Shown here: in pieces, positions 36,590 to 46,721 of the stretch
Numbering within the stretch: position 1 is the stretch's first letter
How the letters are laid out: every line of letters begins with the position of its first letter
Virus record (IMG/VR): IMGVR_UViG_2775507110_000002
Strand: one strand, 5' to 3'
From: an uncultured virus (IMG/VR IMGVR_UViG_2775507110_000002)
Taxonomy: Duplodnaviria > Heunggongvirae > Uroviricota > Caudoviricetes
DNA length: 64,000 bases
The notes under the pieces: model-generated
What the model saw: only the letters and a program-made list of their open reading frames with translations
Databases searched by the model: none
Told to the model about the DNA's origin: nothing
Translations under genes and position numbers: made by a program

Positions 36590-38135
36590 ACTCCTCGAGG
36601 ACGCACTGCTCAACGAGTACCGGGAACTCCCCGTCCTCGAGCGCCGCCGCATCGCCCAAGCAGCCAGCCCCGACGTACGGCTGCGTCTCGCATGGGTGGA
36701 GCGACAGATGGCCATGGACCGGTCCCCGGGAGCCCTCGCGTCCGTACTTACCGAGGGCCGGGAGAAGCAGGCCCCGCACCTCGACATGATCGACGACGTG
36801 TTCCGGCGGATCGCTGCGGGGGAGCGGATGCAGGTCATGATTACCTGCCCGCCGAGGCACGGGAAATCTCAGAGGGCCTCCCGATGGGGCCCCCTCTGGT
36901 ACCTGCGCCGCAACCCCACCGCCCGCGTCATGCTCGCCTCCTACGGCGCCGAGCTCGCCGACGACCACGGCCGCTGGGTCCGCGACCAACTCCGCCTCCA
37001 CGGCGACACCCTCGGCGTACGCCTCGACCCCGCCTCCCGGGCCGCGAACCGCTTCGACCTCGAAGCGCCCCGCGGCTCGTCCGTACGAGGCGGCATGGTC
37101 ACCGCAGGTGTCGGAGGATCACTTACCGGCAAGGGATTTTCGCTCGGGATCATCGACGACCCGTTCAAAGGCTCCGACGATGCGAACAGCCCCGCCCAAC
37201 GCCAACGCGTCTGGGACTGGTACCGGTCCGTGTTCTACACCCGGCGCGCCCCCGGCGCCTCCATCGTCCTGATCAACACCCGATGGCACGAACTCGACCT
37301 CTCCGGGCAGATCCTCGACACCGAACCCGAGAACTGGACCCTGATCGACCTCCCCGCCCTCGCCCTGTCCGACACTGACCCGCTCGGCCGGCAACCCGGC
37401 CAAGCTCTCTGGCCCGAGCAGTACGACGAGGAAGAGCTCGCCCGTACCAAACGAGCCGTCGGCGAACGTGTCTGGTGGGCTCTCTACCAGCAGCAGCCCC
37501 GACCCCTCGAAGGCGGCGTCTGGCAGTGGGCATGGATCACCGACAACCGCACCAACCCCGTCGCGTTCCGAGCCGTCGACCTCACCCGGATCGTCGTCGC
37601 CCTCGACCCCGCAGGAGGCGACACCCCCGGCCACGACGAATCCGGCATCGTCGCCGCCGGCCGCTCAGCCGACGGCCACTACTACGTCCTCGCCGACCGC
37701 ACCGGCAGTCACAGCGCAGAAGCCCGCGGCCGCGAAGCCTGCCTCCTCGCCCTTGAACTGCACGCCGACGCCATCGTCGTCGAGACGAACTACGGCGGCG
37801 ACATGGCCAGACAGAACGTCATCCAGGCCTGGAACGAACTCGAGCGCCGCGGCGAAACCCAAGGGCAGCCGATGCCGCGGATCGTGGACGTCACAGCGAA
37901 GAAGGGCAAACGCCTCCGCGCCGAACCCATCGCCCAGCTGTACGAGACGAACCTCGTCCACCACCTCACCGAGTTCCCAGCCCTCGAGACCCAGATGGTC
38001 ACCTGGATCCCCGGCATGGACTCACCCGACCGCCTCGACGCCCTCGTGCACGCCCTCACCGAGCTCGCCAACCCGGCCACAGCATCCGCGGGGAGCAGCG
38101 CGTACAGCGATCAGCGGCTGGCCGGTAGGCGATGA
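36570..38135 (+). CDS. Terminase large subunit
   Basis: PPRHGKS, IIDDP, TRWH, YQQQP, VALDP, ETNYGG, SPDRLDA. Confidence 0.95.
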   Translation: MATPTAELLEDALLNEYRELPVLERRRIAQAASPDVRLRLAWVERQMAMDRSPGALASVLTEGREKQAPHLDMIDDVFRRIAAGERMQVMITCPPRHGKSQRASRWGPLWYLRRNPTARVMLASYGAELADDHGRWVRDQLRLHGDTLGVRLDPASRAANRFDLEAPRGSSVRGGMVTAGVGGSLTGKGFSLGIIDDPFKGSDDANSPAQRQRVWDWYRSVFYTRRAPGASIVLINTRWHELDLSGQILDTEPENWTLIDLPALALSDTDPLGRQPGQALWPEQYDEEELARTKRAVGERVWWALYQQQPRPLEGGVWQWAWITDNRTNPVAFRAVDLTRIVVALDPAGGDTPGHDESGIVAAGRSADGHYYVLADRTGSHSAEARGREACLLALELHADAIVVETNYGGDMARQNVIQAWNELERRGETQGQPMPRIVDVTAKKGKRLRAEPIAQLYETNLVHHLTEFPALETQMVTWIPGMDSPDRLDALVHALTELANPATASAGSSAYSDQRLAGRR

Positions 38136-38296
38136 ATCACGGATGTGGAGAAGCGCCAAAGTCTCCGAATCTCGGATCCGCCAGATCCAGGATCCTCTAC
38201 AAGCAAAGTTGTAGACGGTTCCGCACACCAGAGAAATCACGTGGCATGATGAGACACAGGGTTAGCGAATCGGCTTCCCGCCGAAACTGCTGATCC

Positions 38297-38337
38297 AAAA
38301 GGGGAGAGAGCCACCCAGAAGCTCGGTGACTCTCTCC
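38297..38337 (-). terminator. Terminator below small peptide gene
   Basis: ggagagagccacc...ggtgactctctcc stem with T4 on minus strand. Confidence 0.7.
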
Positions 38338-38351
38338 GTGCGGACGCCGGG

Positions 38352-38450
38352 CTAGGAGATGCTCGAGGCCTGCGCTACCTCAAGGGCCAGTTGGAGTAGC
38401 GCGACTACAAGGGCCAGAGCACTCCAGTCCGGCTGTTCTTTTCCTGACAT
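38352..38450 (-). CDS. 32-aa hydrophobic peptide, type I toxin-like (not in ORF track)
   Basis: AAGGAGGTGA SD; MSGKEQPDWSALALVVALLQLALEVAQASSIS. Confidence 0.7.
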   Translation of the reverse strand: MSGKEQPDWSALALVVALLQLALEVAQASSIS

Positions 38451-38691
38451 GGGTTATCACCTCCTTCCGCTAGCGCGAAGGAGACTGAACCGCCGTCAGG
38501 CGTCCATGCACACGATGTTATGCGGTCGGCGACCCGGAACGTGTCGGGCGAAGCGAATTTCGACCCCACCCTCGATATTTTTGCCGGTCAGTCACACCCT
38601 GGATATGGATAGTGACGTTGAGTGATCGGGGGCAACGTCCGGGCGGCTCGCCCGTACCCTGATCACATGGCGCGGGGCCTGGTGTGAAGAG

Positions 38692-40581
38692 GTGCGCCCC
38701 GTGGGCTTCAGGGACCTGGTCATCGACGCATGGTCATGGCTGAACTACAAGCCCGTGTTCAGCGAACCCGGACACAGCCGCGGCATGCCCTACCGCCGCG
38801 CATTCCCCGAGGCATACGCCACCTGGGTCCCCGACGACGACGTACGGCGCCTCGCCTCCTACAAGGTCCTCGCCGCCTACGACAACAACCAGGCCGGTGA
38901 ACTCGCCGAGTTCCGTGACGGTGCTACCGCACGTGAACGCCGCGAGTTCGGTGACCCCAGCATGTTCATCGACACGCTGGTCGCGCACGTCATGGGCCGG
39001 GACCAGCACATCGTCGTCCCCGGTGCCGAGCAGACCGACACCACCGGGCAGAGCGAGGACGCGGCCGCCGCCGAACGGGTCCAGGAACTCCTCCGCGAGT
39101 GGGCCGAGGACGAACTCCTGCCGATGCGGATGCTCCAGGCCGAACGGAAAGCCGTCGGACTCGGGGATGCCGTGTACCTCCTGTACTGGGACTCCGACAA
39201 GCAGCGGCCCCGCCTGCGCACCTACGACCCCGGGTTCTACTTCCCCGTCCTGCCCGAAGACGGCGACAGCTCCGACTACCCCCAAAAGATCCACCTCGCC
39301 TGGGAGTTGCCCGAAGACCCCCGCCGGCAGCTGAAGAAGCGCCTGCGCCGCATCACCTACGAACTCGACTGGATCGGCCCCGCCACCGCCTCCGGTATCG
39401 ACCAGAACGGGCGGCCCGTCCGCGCCCCCGTCATGTCCGAACCCACCGACGACAACCCGGCCACGCCCCTCCTCAACCGCGGTGACACTCTCGACGAGAC
39501 CGGCAGCATCACCCGCCTGTACCCGTGGAACGACCAGCCGACTGCCCGTACCTGCTACCTCACCGACGCGATCTGGGACATCGGCGACCTCACCGGCACG
39601 AACCTCGACGTCGACAACCTGCCCCTGGACCGCGCCCAGTTCGCGACCAGCGCCACCGGCGAAACCCTCGACCGGCTCGACCTGTACCTCGACTTCATTC
39701 CGCTGGTTCACGTCCCGAACACGGTCCCGCCGGCCGAGGAGCACTGGGGGCAGTCGTCCCTCGCGAAGGCGCTGCAGGCGTTCGACGAGCTCGCCAACTC
39801 CGATACCGACAGTGCCCGCGCCTCCGCCACCACCGGCCTCCCCATGGTGTGGATCTCCGGAGTCAGCGACGCCAGGCAGCAGTACGAGGTCGGCCCAGGA
39901 ACCATGTTCAAGGTGCCGGAGAATGGCAAGGTCGGGGCCATCGACACTTCGCCCGCTCTTCGCGAGCTTCGCGAACACCGGCACGACCTGGCCGACCGGG
40001 CCGCGAACATCGTCCGCCTCCCCGCCGTGTCCCTCGGCACCATGGACCCCTCCAAGGTGCCCTCCGGATACGCCCTCGAACTGTCCCTCGGCCCCCTCGA
40101 CTCCCTCATCGCCGGGATGCGGCTCGCTCGCGCCCACAAGGACACCCTCCTCCTCCGGTTCGTGCAGCGCCTGTTCATTGCTGGCCAGCACCCCGACTGG
40201 GCGGGCGTTACCCCACTCCCGGCGAAGCTGGTCCGCGGCCCGTACACCCCGACCGATAAGGGTGCCGTCCTCGAGCAGGTCACCACCGCCTACGAGGCGA
40301 AGGTCATCAGCCTGGAAACCGCGGTCCGCATGCTCACCGAGGTCGGCTGGCCCATCGAGGACGCGGCGAGGGAGATCGAGCAGATCCAGTCGAGGTCCTT
40401 CGAGCAGGCCCGCCTCCTGGCTGACGCCCTCGGAAACGCGGAGGAGACCGCCGACTTCCTCGGCCGGAAAGCCCCCGAAAACCAGCCGGCGCCCACCCCG
40501 AACCTGCCACCGGTTCCCGCCCAGGACGACGAGGAAAACCCCGTGGCCGAGGAGCCCCGGGGGAGCGGGGGCAACGAATGA
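38692..40581 (+). CDS. Portal protein
   Basis: Follows TerL; LGDAVY, PLVHVPN, WGQS, PSGYALEL, ISLETAV. Confidence 0.85.
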   Translation: MRPVGFRDLVIDAWSWLNYKPVFSEPGHSRGMPYRRAFPEAYATWVPDDDVRRLASYKVLAAYDNNQAGELAEFRDGATARERREFGDPSMFIDTLVAHVMGRDQHIVVPGAEQTDTTGQSEDAAAAERVQELLREWAEDELLPMRMLQAERKAVGLGDAVYLLYWDSDKQRPRLRTYDPGFYFPVLPEDGDSSDYPQKIHLAWELPEDPRRQLKKRLRRITYELDWIGPATASGIDQNGRPVRAPVMSEPTDDNPATPLLNRGDTLDETGSITRLYPWNDQPTARTCYLTDAIWDIGDLTGTNLDVDNLPLDRAQFATSATGETLDRLDLYLDFIPLVHVPNTVPPAEEHWGQSSLAKALQAFDELANSDTDSARASATTGLPMVWISGVSDARQQYEVGPGTMFKVPENGKVGAIDTSPALRELREHRHDLADRAANIVRLPAVSLGTMDPSKVPSGYALELSLGPLDSLIAGMRLARAHKDTLLLRFVQRLFIAGQHPDWAGVTPLPAKLVRGPYTPTDKGAVLEQVTTAYEAKVISLETAVRMLTEVGWPIEDAAREIEQIQSRSFEQARLLADALGNAEETADFLGRKAPENQPAPTPNLPPVPAQDDEENPVAEEPRGSGGNE

Positions 40582-40649
40582 CCAGACCCGTGCTTTCCTT
40601 GGATCAAGGCGCGGGGCCTGACAACGACTCCTTGGGAGGACGTACCCTC

Positions 40650-41411
40650 ATGCGCCGCCCCCAGCTCCACCGCCCCACCCCGAACCACACCTGGGCGCAT
40701 CCCTACGCCGGCCCCATCGCCATGGCCGTTTTCTACAACGATGGCGGTGACCCGCCCCCCGGCGCCCCGGCCAACGACGACACACCGAAGCCCGCGCCGC
40801 CCAAGCCGAAGCCGCCCGTCCCCGCCTCCGACCGACCCGGCCTCCAGGACGGCGAACTCGTCGTCCACAAGGACTGGCTGGAGCAGAAGCTCACCGTCGA
40901 GAAGGACGCCGGCCGCCGCAACGGCAACCAGCGCCTCGCCGACGACCTCGGCTTCGGAGACGTCAAGGAGATGCGCGCCTACGTCGAGGAGAAGCGCAAG
41001 GCCGACCAGGCCCAGCTCTCCGAAACCGAGCGCCTCACCCAGGAACTCGCGGAACGGGAACAGCAGCTCGCCACCCGCGAAGCCCAGGCCGCGGCTCGGG
41101 AACTCGCCGCGAACCGGCGGGCGCTCCTCGTCGGCCTCGGCGCCACTGGTGCGGACCTCGACGACGCCACCGCGCTCCTCCGAGTCGCGAACGACGCCAC
41201 CGACACCGAAGTCGAAGCCGCCGCCGAAGCGCTGAAGCAGCGCCGCCCCGAACTCTTCGGTGCCCGCCCCCAGGCCCCCCAGCAGCAGCTTCCCCCGGCC
41301 CCGCACGGCGCCCCCGCCGGCACACCCCCCTCCCGGCAGTCCGGGGGCAGCAAGCCCGGAGACCGCGGCCGCGAAATGGCCCGCCTCCGCGGACACAAGC
41401 CCGCCGCCTGA
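40650..41411 (+). CDS. Capsid scaffolding protein
   Basis: Pro-rich ends, coiled coil, RPELF; GGAGG RBS; between portal and capsid. Confidence 0.75.
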   Translation: MRRPQLHRPTPNHTWAHPYAGPIAMAVFYNDGGDPPPGAPANDDTPKPAPPKPKPPVPASDRPGLQDGELVVHKDWLEQKLTVEKDAGRRNGNQRLADDLGFGDVKEMRAYVEEKRKADQAQLSETERLTQELAEREQQLATREAQAAARELAANRRALLVGLGATGADLDDATALLRVANDATDTEVEAAAEALKQRRPELFGARPQAPQQQLPPAPHGAPAGTPPSRQSGGSKPGDRGREMARLRGHKPAA

Positions 41412-41521
41412 CCTGAGTCTTCTCGGCCGTCACGCCGAGGTTGGGACCACGCCCGCTCCTCGTGGACGCGCACCTACGGGTGCCGATGCCAAACACCGCA
41501 TCACCACGAGGAGAGGCAGTC

Positions 41522-42268
41522 GTGAACGACTTCCAGCCGCTCTCCTACTCGAGCGAAGTCACCGCCGACCGGCCGTGGCTCGCGTCTCTGGTAGGAGTGC
41601 AGGACACCAACACCATCACCCTCGACCTGAGCAAGTTCACCGAGGGCGTCCACTACACCCCCGGCACCCTGCTCCAGCGCCGCAACGTCATGCGCTCCGG
41701 CATCCCCCTGGGCAAGGTCGCCGCCTCCGGGCTGTACGCCCCGTACTCCGGGCCCCGCTCCGAAGCGCAGACCGTCACCGTCACCGGCGGACCCACCGGC
41801 GGCACGTACACGCTGACGTTCTCCGGGCAGACCACCGCCGGCATCCCGTACAACGCGACCGCCGCCCAGGTGCAGACCGCCCTGGAGAACCTCTCCAACG
41901 TCGAGGTCGGCGACGTCACCGTGACCGGCGGCCCCCACCCGGGCAGCGTCATCACCGTCACGTTCGTCGGCCAGTACCTCGGCGACGACGTCGCCCAGAT
42001 GACCGCCTCCGCCGCGTCCCTGACCGGCGGTACCAGCCCCGCCGTCACCGTCGCCACAGCCACCGCCGGTGGTGGAGCATCCGCGTCCGACGGCACCCAG
42101 GTCCTTGCCGGGTTCCTCGTCTCCAGCATCGCGTTCAACCCCGGCAGCACCAAGGCCGCCGGAGCGCTGCTGTGGCACGGCGAGGTCTTCGCCGACAAGT
42201 GCCCCATCCCGTTCGACCCCAGCGACGTCGCCGCGACCGAGCCCGGCGTCAACATCCACTACCGGTAG
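41522..42268 (+). CDS. Head decoration protein with inserted beta domain
   Basis: SGIPLGK...GLYAPY and DGTQVLAGFL flank QTVTVTGGPTGGTYTLTF insert. Confidence 0.75.
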   Translation: MNDFQPLSYSSEVTADRPWLASLVGVQDTNTITLDLSKFTEGVHYTPGTLLQRRNVMRSGIPLGKVAASGLYAPYSGPRSEAQTVTVTGGPTGGTYTLTFSGQTTAGIPYNATAAQVQTALENLSNVEVGDVTVTGGPHPGSVITVTFVGQYLGDDVAQMTASAASLTGGTSPAVTVATATAGGGASASDGTQVLAGFLVSSIAFNPGSTKAAGALLWHGEVFADKCPIPFDPSDVAATEPGVNIHYR

Positions 42269-42280
42269 GAGGAGACCGTC

Positions 42281-43336
42281 ATGGAGCAGAACCTCGAGAT
42301 CCTCCTGCGCGACACCAACGACGAAGACCTGACGGTCTTCGCCCGGGAGATCGACACCCCCGCGAAGTACCGGCTGACCCGGGAGATCCTGCCCGAGCGG
42401 CAGATCCAGGCCGTCAAGTTCAAGGCCGAGTCCGCGAAGCGCCGCGTCAACGCCGCGAAGTTCCGGGCCTACGACGCGCCGACCGCGCTCGCGAAGCGCC
42501 AGGCCGAGAAGGTCGTCAACGAAGGCATGCTGCCCGCTCTCGGTCAGACCCTCCCGGTCTCCGAGATGGACCAGATCCTCCTCGACGTCAGCCACGGCCA
42601 GGACACCGAGCGGTACATCGAGCTGCTGTACGGAGACGTGGAGCGGCACGTCGAGTCCATCAAGACCGCCCAGGAACTCGCCTGCGGGCAGCTCCTGGCC
42701 ACCGGCACCGTCAACCTTCCCGGCCTCGGACTGGACGTCGACTGGAACGTCCCGGCCGAGAACATGCCCACCGCCGCGATCATGTGGGACGACGAGGACG
42801 CCACCCCGATCTCCGAAGAGCGGGCATGGATCGACTTCCTCGTCGACGGCGGTGCACCGGAGCCGAAGCAGGTCCTCACCTCCCGCCGGGCCCTGCGGGT
42901 TCTCGCGGCGAACGCCGAGTACCGGCGCGCCTACTACGGCTCGTCCACTCTCGGCGGCACTCCCACGGCGACACTGTCCCCGCTGGAGGTCAACGTCGTC
43001 CGGGACCGCTATGGCCTGCCGCCGGTCGTCACCTACGACGTCAAGGTCTGGAACAACGACACCTACCAGCGCGTCATGCCGGACAACAAGTGGATCATCC
43101 TTCCGGACGTGTCCCCGCAGGAGTGGGCCGAGACCCTCTACGGCATCACCCGCGAGGCCGCCCGATTCACCTCCGGCACCAACCCGGCACTCACCCGCCA
43201 GGAAGCCCCCGGCATCGTCGTCGTCTCCAAGTACGACGACGACCCGGTGCAGATCTACACCCGCGGTGCCGCGATCGGCATGCCCGCCCTGTACGTCCCG
43301 GACCTGCACATCTCCGCGACCGTCCTCGGGGCGTGA
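42281..43336 (+). CDS. Major capsid protein
   Basis: AKFRAYDAP, LATG.V...VDW, DPVQIYT...MP; AGGAGG RBS. Confidence 0.88.
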   Translation: MEQNLEILLRDTNDEDLTVFAREIDTPAKYRLTREILPERQIQAVKFKAESAKRRVNAAKFRAYDAPTALAKRQAEKVVNEGMLPALGQTLPVSEMDQILLDVSHGQDTERYIELLYGDVERHVESIKTAQELACGQLLATGTVNLPGLGLDVDWNVPAENMPTAAIMWDDEDATPISEERAWIDFLVDGGAPEPKQVLTSRRALRVLAANAEYRRAYYGSSTLGGTPTATLSPLEVNVVRDRYGLPPVVTYDVKVWNNDTYQRVMPDNKWIILPDVSPQEWAETLYGITREAARFTSGTNPALTRQEAPGIVVVSKYDDDPVQIYTRGAAIGMPALYVPDLHISATVLGA

Positions 43337-43339
43337 CCC

Positions 43340-43675
43340 ATGGCAACCCTACGGACAGCTGTGTTCGTGAAGGACCCGGACCGTCACGCGATGGTCCTCC
43401 TGCACCCGGGGGAGGAACCGGAGCCGCGCCTAGCGGCTCTGATCACGAACCCGGACGCGTGGGAGGGCGGGAAGGTCCCGGCCGCAGCGGCAACCGGCGA
43501 CGGCCGGGGAGACGCCTCTGGCGCAGCCTCGGACGACACCGGAAGCGCTGACCCCAAGTCCGACGAGACCCCCGACAAGGACTCCGACGACACCAAGCCG
43601 GCCGCACGCAAGACCGCGGCCAAGAAGCCGGCCCGGGGCCGGACGGCCGCCGCTGAGGGCACCGGCGGCCAGTAA
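43340..43675 (+). CDS. Virion-region hypothetical protein
   Basis: ITNPDAW then low-complexity tail. Confidence 0.7.
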   Translation: MATLRTAVFVKDPDRHAMVLLHPGEEPEPRLAALITNPDAWEGGKVPAAAATGDGRGDASGAASDDTGSADPKSDETPDKDSDDTKPAARKTAAKKPARGRTAAAEGTGGQ

Positions 43676-43764
43676 GCGGTGTGCGGGCCCGCCCCCTGGT
43701 GGGGCGCCAGGCCGGGCCCGCACCTGCACCCCTTCCCAGCCCACTCCCAGACCTGGAGGACCCG

Positions 43765-44100
43765 GTGGACACAGCCGTACGAGAGTGGCTGCTCTCCCAG
43801 CTGGGCCGCAGCACCGACCTGGCAGACCTCACCGCCCGCTACACCCGGCTCGGCACCGGGCGTGCGGTCGCCATCGAGGTCGTCCGCGAACGCCTCGCCG
43901 AGCTCCTGTCCTCGCCGGGGTCCGTGTCCGTGTCCGGTGTCGTGTCCATCAACGTCTCCGCGAACATCGCCGCGTACGAACGGCAACTGGCCGAGCTGCT
44001 GTCCGGCAAGCCCCCGGCCCCCGACGACCCGACCGTTCCGGACGACGAGGACAGCAGCGGCTTCGGCCTGATCCAGCTCGTCGAGCGGCCCCGCCGATGA
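43765..44100 (+). CDS. Head-tail adaptor-like protein
   Basis: GGAGG RBS; position after capsid. Confidence 0.6.
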   Translation: MDTAVREWLLSQLGRSTDLADLTARYTRLGTGRAVAIEVVRERLAELLSSPGSVSVSGVVSINVSANIAAYERQLAELLSGKPPAPDDPTVPDDEDSSGFGLIQLVERPRR

Positions 44101-44930
44101 CCACCCCCACCCGCCGCCGCACTCTCCGTGCCCGCCTCCTCGACTTCATCCGCGGTGGTGTCAGCCGTCTCACGAGCGCGTGGCGGATCCTCACCGACGC
44201 CCAGGACCGGCTCCTCGCCGCCCTCGCTTCCATCCGGCCCGGGCGTGCCGCGGCCGCCCGCATCCGCGCCGCTGTCCTCGCGTTCCAGCAGGCCCTCGCC
44301 GCGTTCAGCCGGGACACCGGGGCGTTCATCGAACGGTGGGCCGCCACCGACCTTCCCACCGCATACCGTGACGGGTCCCTCGCCATGCTCGACCGGGCCG
44401 ACCGCACCCACCGCTCCTGGTCCTGGACCCGGCGGCACCAGAGCACCGTCACGACCCTGACCGCCCAGTACTACGCCGACCTCATGGGCTGCCTCCAGGA
44501 AGCCATCCGCCGCGGACAAGCCTTCCTGCGCGCCGCCCAGGACGCCGCCCGCGCCCGCGTCACCCAGTTCGACGCCGGCAGCTTCGACCCCGACGCGCTC
44601 CGCGCACTGCACCCCCTCGGCACCGTCATCTACGTCAACGACGCCAGACACCCCGTCGAGACCTGGGCGGCGGCCGCCTTGTCCTGGCAGGCCGTCACCA
44701 CCGCCAACGCCGGGGCCGTCACCACGGCGTACGAACAGCTCGGCTGCACCCGCGTCCAGGTCCGTGATGGGAACGGCTGTGGCTGGCGGAGCCACGACGA
44801 TGCCGATCTGGCGGACGGCACGTACCGCAGCATCGACGACGCCCTCGCCCACCCCACGGCTCACCCGAACTGCCAGCGAGAGTTCCTCCCGCACTTCGAC
44901 CGCCCCGACCTCCTGGGAGCCTTCGCATGA
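44097..44930 (+). CDS. MuF-like minor capsid protein
   Basis: VRDGNGCG...AHPNCQR C-terminal motif. Confidence 0.7.
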   Translation: MTTPTRRRTLRARLLDFIRGGVSRLTSAWRILTDAQDRLLAALASIRPGRAAAARIRAAVLAFQQALAAFSRDTGAFIERWAATDLPTAYRDGSLAMLDRADRTHRSWSWTRRHQSTVTTLTAQYYADLMGCLQEAIRRGQAFLRAAQDAARARVTQFDAGSFDPDALRALHPLGTVIYVNDARHPVETWAAAALSWQAVTTANAGAVTTAYEQLGCTRVQVRDGNGCGWRSHDDADLADGTYRSIDDALAHPTAHPNCQREFLPHFDRPDLLGAFA

Positions 44931-45310
44931 CCGCCCCGAGCATGGCCGACAAGCCGCACCAGGTCCGCCTCACCTCCAACGGCCTCAGCAGCAGCGTGGA
45001 GATCGACGGCACCGACGTCAGCAGCAGCGTCCAGGGCTTCAACCTGGAGGCCCGCCTCGGCTCCGCACCGCTCCTCGTCCTCTACGCCACCCCGCAGGCC
45101 GGCGTACAGTTCGACGGCCTTGCGCACGTTGCGGTTGGCGACCAGCAGCACCCCGGCGACACCGTTGCAGCGTTCCTCGCCAACATCGACCCCGCCGCCC
45201 TGAGCCGCGCCGCCCTCAACCGCGACGACCTCGACGGCACACCCCACGAACTCACCCGCGCCATGCTTCAGACGCTCGCCGACATGGCCACCGGTAAGGC
45301 AGGTGTCTGA
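44927..45310 (+). CDS. Hypothetical protein
   Basis: VEIDGTDVS; coupled. Confidence 0.65.
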   Translation: MTAPSMADKPHQVRLTSNGLSSSVEIDGTDVSSSVQGFNLEARLGSAPLLVLYATPQAGVQFDGLAHVAVGDQQHPGDTVAAFLANIDPAALSRAALNRDDLDGTPHELTRAMLQTLADMATGKAGV

Positions 45311-45762
45311 TGGCCGGGCTGGACGGTGCGCTCAAGGGCGCGGTCGCGTTCATCGAGAAGAACCTCCTCATCGACACCGTCCGCATCAGCCTTCCCGGCC
45401 AGGGCGAACCCGTCCTCAACACCACCACCGGCGAGCTGGAGTACCCCGAGGGCGACGTCCTCTACGAAGGCCCTGGGGGAGTCGTCGCCGGATCCGCGAC
45501 GATGGAGCGCTCTGCCGTCCCGGACGCCGTGCAGCCGTGGACGCAGCAGACCCGCTCCACGTACGTCCTCCTCACCCCCCTGTCCGCACCGATCCCCGAA
45601 GAGCACGCTGTGGTGTCGGTCGTTGCAGTCCACGACCCGGCCCGCACGTCGCTCCTCGGCCGAACTTGGATCTGCGCAGACCAAGGCCAGGCCGGAACCG
45701 TCGAGGTCGTACGCCGAACCGCGCTGGACCAGAACCGGCCCGCCCCGGACGGTGCACCATGA
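45310..45762 (+). CDS. Head closure protein (DUF6093-like)
   Basis: DTVRI...TGE...LYEGPG; position. Confidence 0.65.
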   Translation: MAGLDGALKGAVAFIEKNLLIDTVRISLPGQGEPVLNTTTGELEYPEGDVLYEGPGGVVAGSATMERSAVPDAVQPWTQQTRSTYVLLTPLSAPIPEEHAVVSVVAVHDPARTSLLGRTWICADQGQAGTVEVVRRTALDQNRPAPDGAP

Positions 45763-46148
45763 CTCCCGATGAGATGGCCGACCGGCTCGAGGATGCCGCC
45801 GACAACCTCGGTGACGCCATCGCCCGCCGCGTCGTCCACACCGCCGAACTCGGCCGCGGCATGATTCGCGCCAACGCCACCGGCCGCCCCGGACCCAACG
45901 TCATCACCGGCAAATACCGGTCCTCGTGGGAAGTCGTCGGCCGGTCCATCCCGCATGGGGCGCAGTGCACCATCGGCACCAACGCCCCACAGGGCCGCCG
46001 CCTGGAGTACGGGTTCTGGGACATGACCGACAGCATCGGCCGACATTTCTACCAGCCGCCGTACCCGCACGTCGGCCCCGCCGTGCCCCGCATGGAAGCC
46101 GTGCTGCGCGAGCAGATGCTCGGCGCCGTTGAGGAGGTGCTGGGGTGA
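45759..46148 (+). CDS. HK97 gp10-like neck protein
   Basis: TGKYRSSW, GTNAP...LEYG, PPYPHVGPA. Confidence 0.8.
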   Translation: MTPDEMADRLEDAADNLGDAIARRVVHTAELGRGMIRANATGRPGPNVITGKYRSSWEVVGRSIPHGAQCTIGTNAPQGRRLEYGFWDMTDSIGRHFYQPPYPHVGPAVPRMEAVLREQMLGAVEEVLG

Positions 46149-46594
46149 TCGCCCGCCTGCCCGTCACGATGGCACTGTCCGCACTGCTGGCCTCCGCGAC
46201 CAACACCCCCGTCGGCCGTGGCCGCAAGCCGGCGAAAGCAAACCCGCCGTACTACCTGCTGCAGGCGGTGAGCGCTCAGACCAGCGGTGCCCCGTTCACC
46301 GACCTCAACGAGGACATCACCCTCGTCTACCAGGTCACTTCCATCTCCGGCCCCGACCCGACCCGGCCCGACTCGCACGGTGTGGCCGACCAAGTCGAGT
46401 GGATGGCCGACAAGGTCCGCACTGTGATCCTCGGCCGCGACCCGGCGACCGGCCTCTGGCTCCACCCGCTCGTCGTGCCCGACGCCAAGGTCATCGGCCG
46501 GAGCCTCGACACCGAACCGGGGGGATCATCCGACCCTGCCGATGCCATCATGAGTCATGTACAGCGGTTCAGGTTCGACCTGACCTCCGCCTGA
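46145..46594 (+). CDS. Tail terminator-like protein
   Basis: PPYY, YQVTS; precedes major tail gene. Confidence 0.65.
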   Translation: MIARLPVTMALSALLASATNTPVGRGRKPAKANPPYYLLQAVSAQTSGAPFTDLNEDITLVYQVTSISGPDPTRPDSHGVADQVEWMADKVRTVILGRDPATGLWLHPLVVPDAKVIGRSLDTEPGGSSDPADAIMSHVQRFRFDLTSA

Positions 46595-46721
46595 CCCACG
46601 GTCAGGCTTTACACCGCACCGCGGCGGCCCCTGCGCGGACGTGCCACTCGTGGCCGACTCCCACACAACGGTTTCAAGGGGCCAGCATCTCAAGCCGAGC
46701 CCCGGGACAAGGGGCCCACTC

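Noticed and set aside
38359..38625. 88-aa plus-strand ORF in the terminase-portal gap
   Set aside because: Atypical codon usage; the minus-strand 32-aa ORF has a perfect SD and a terminator
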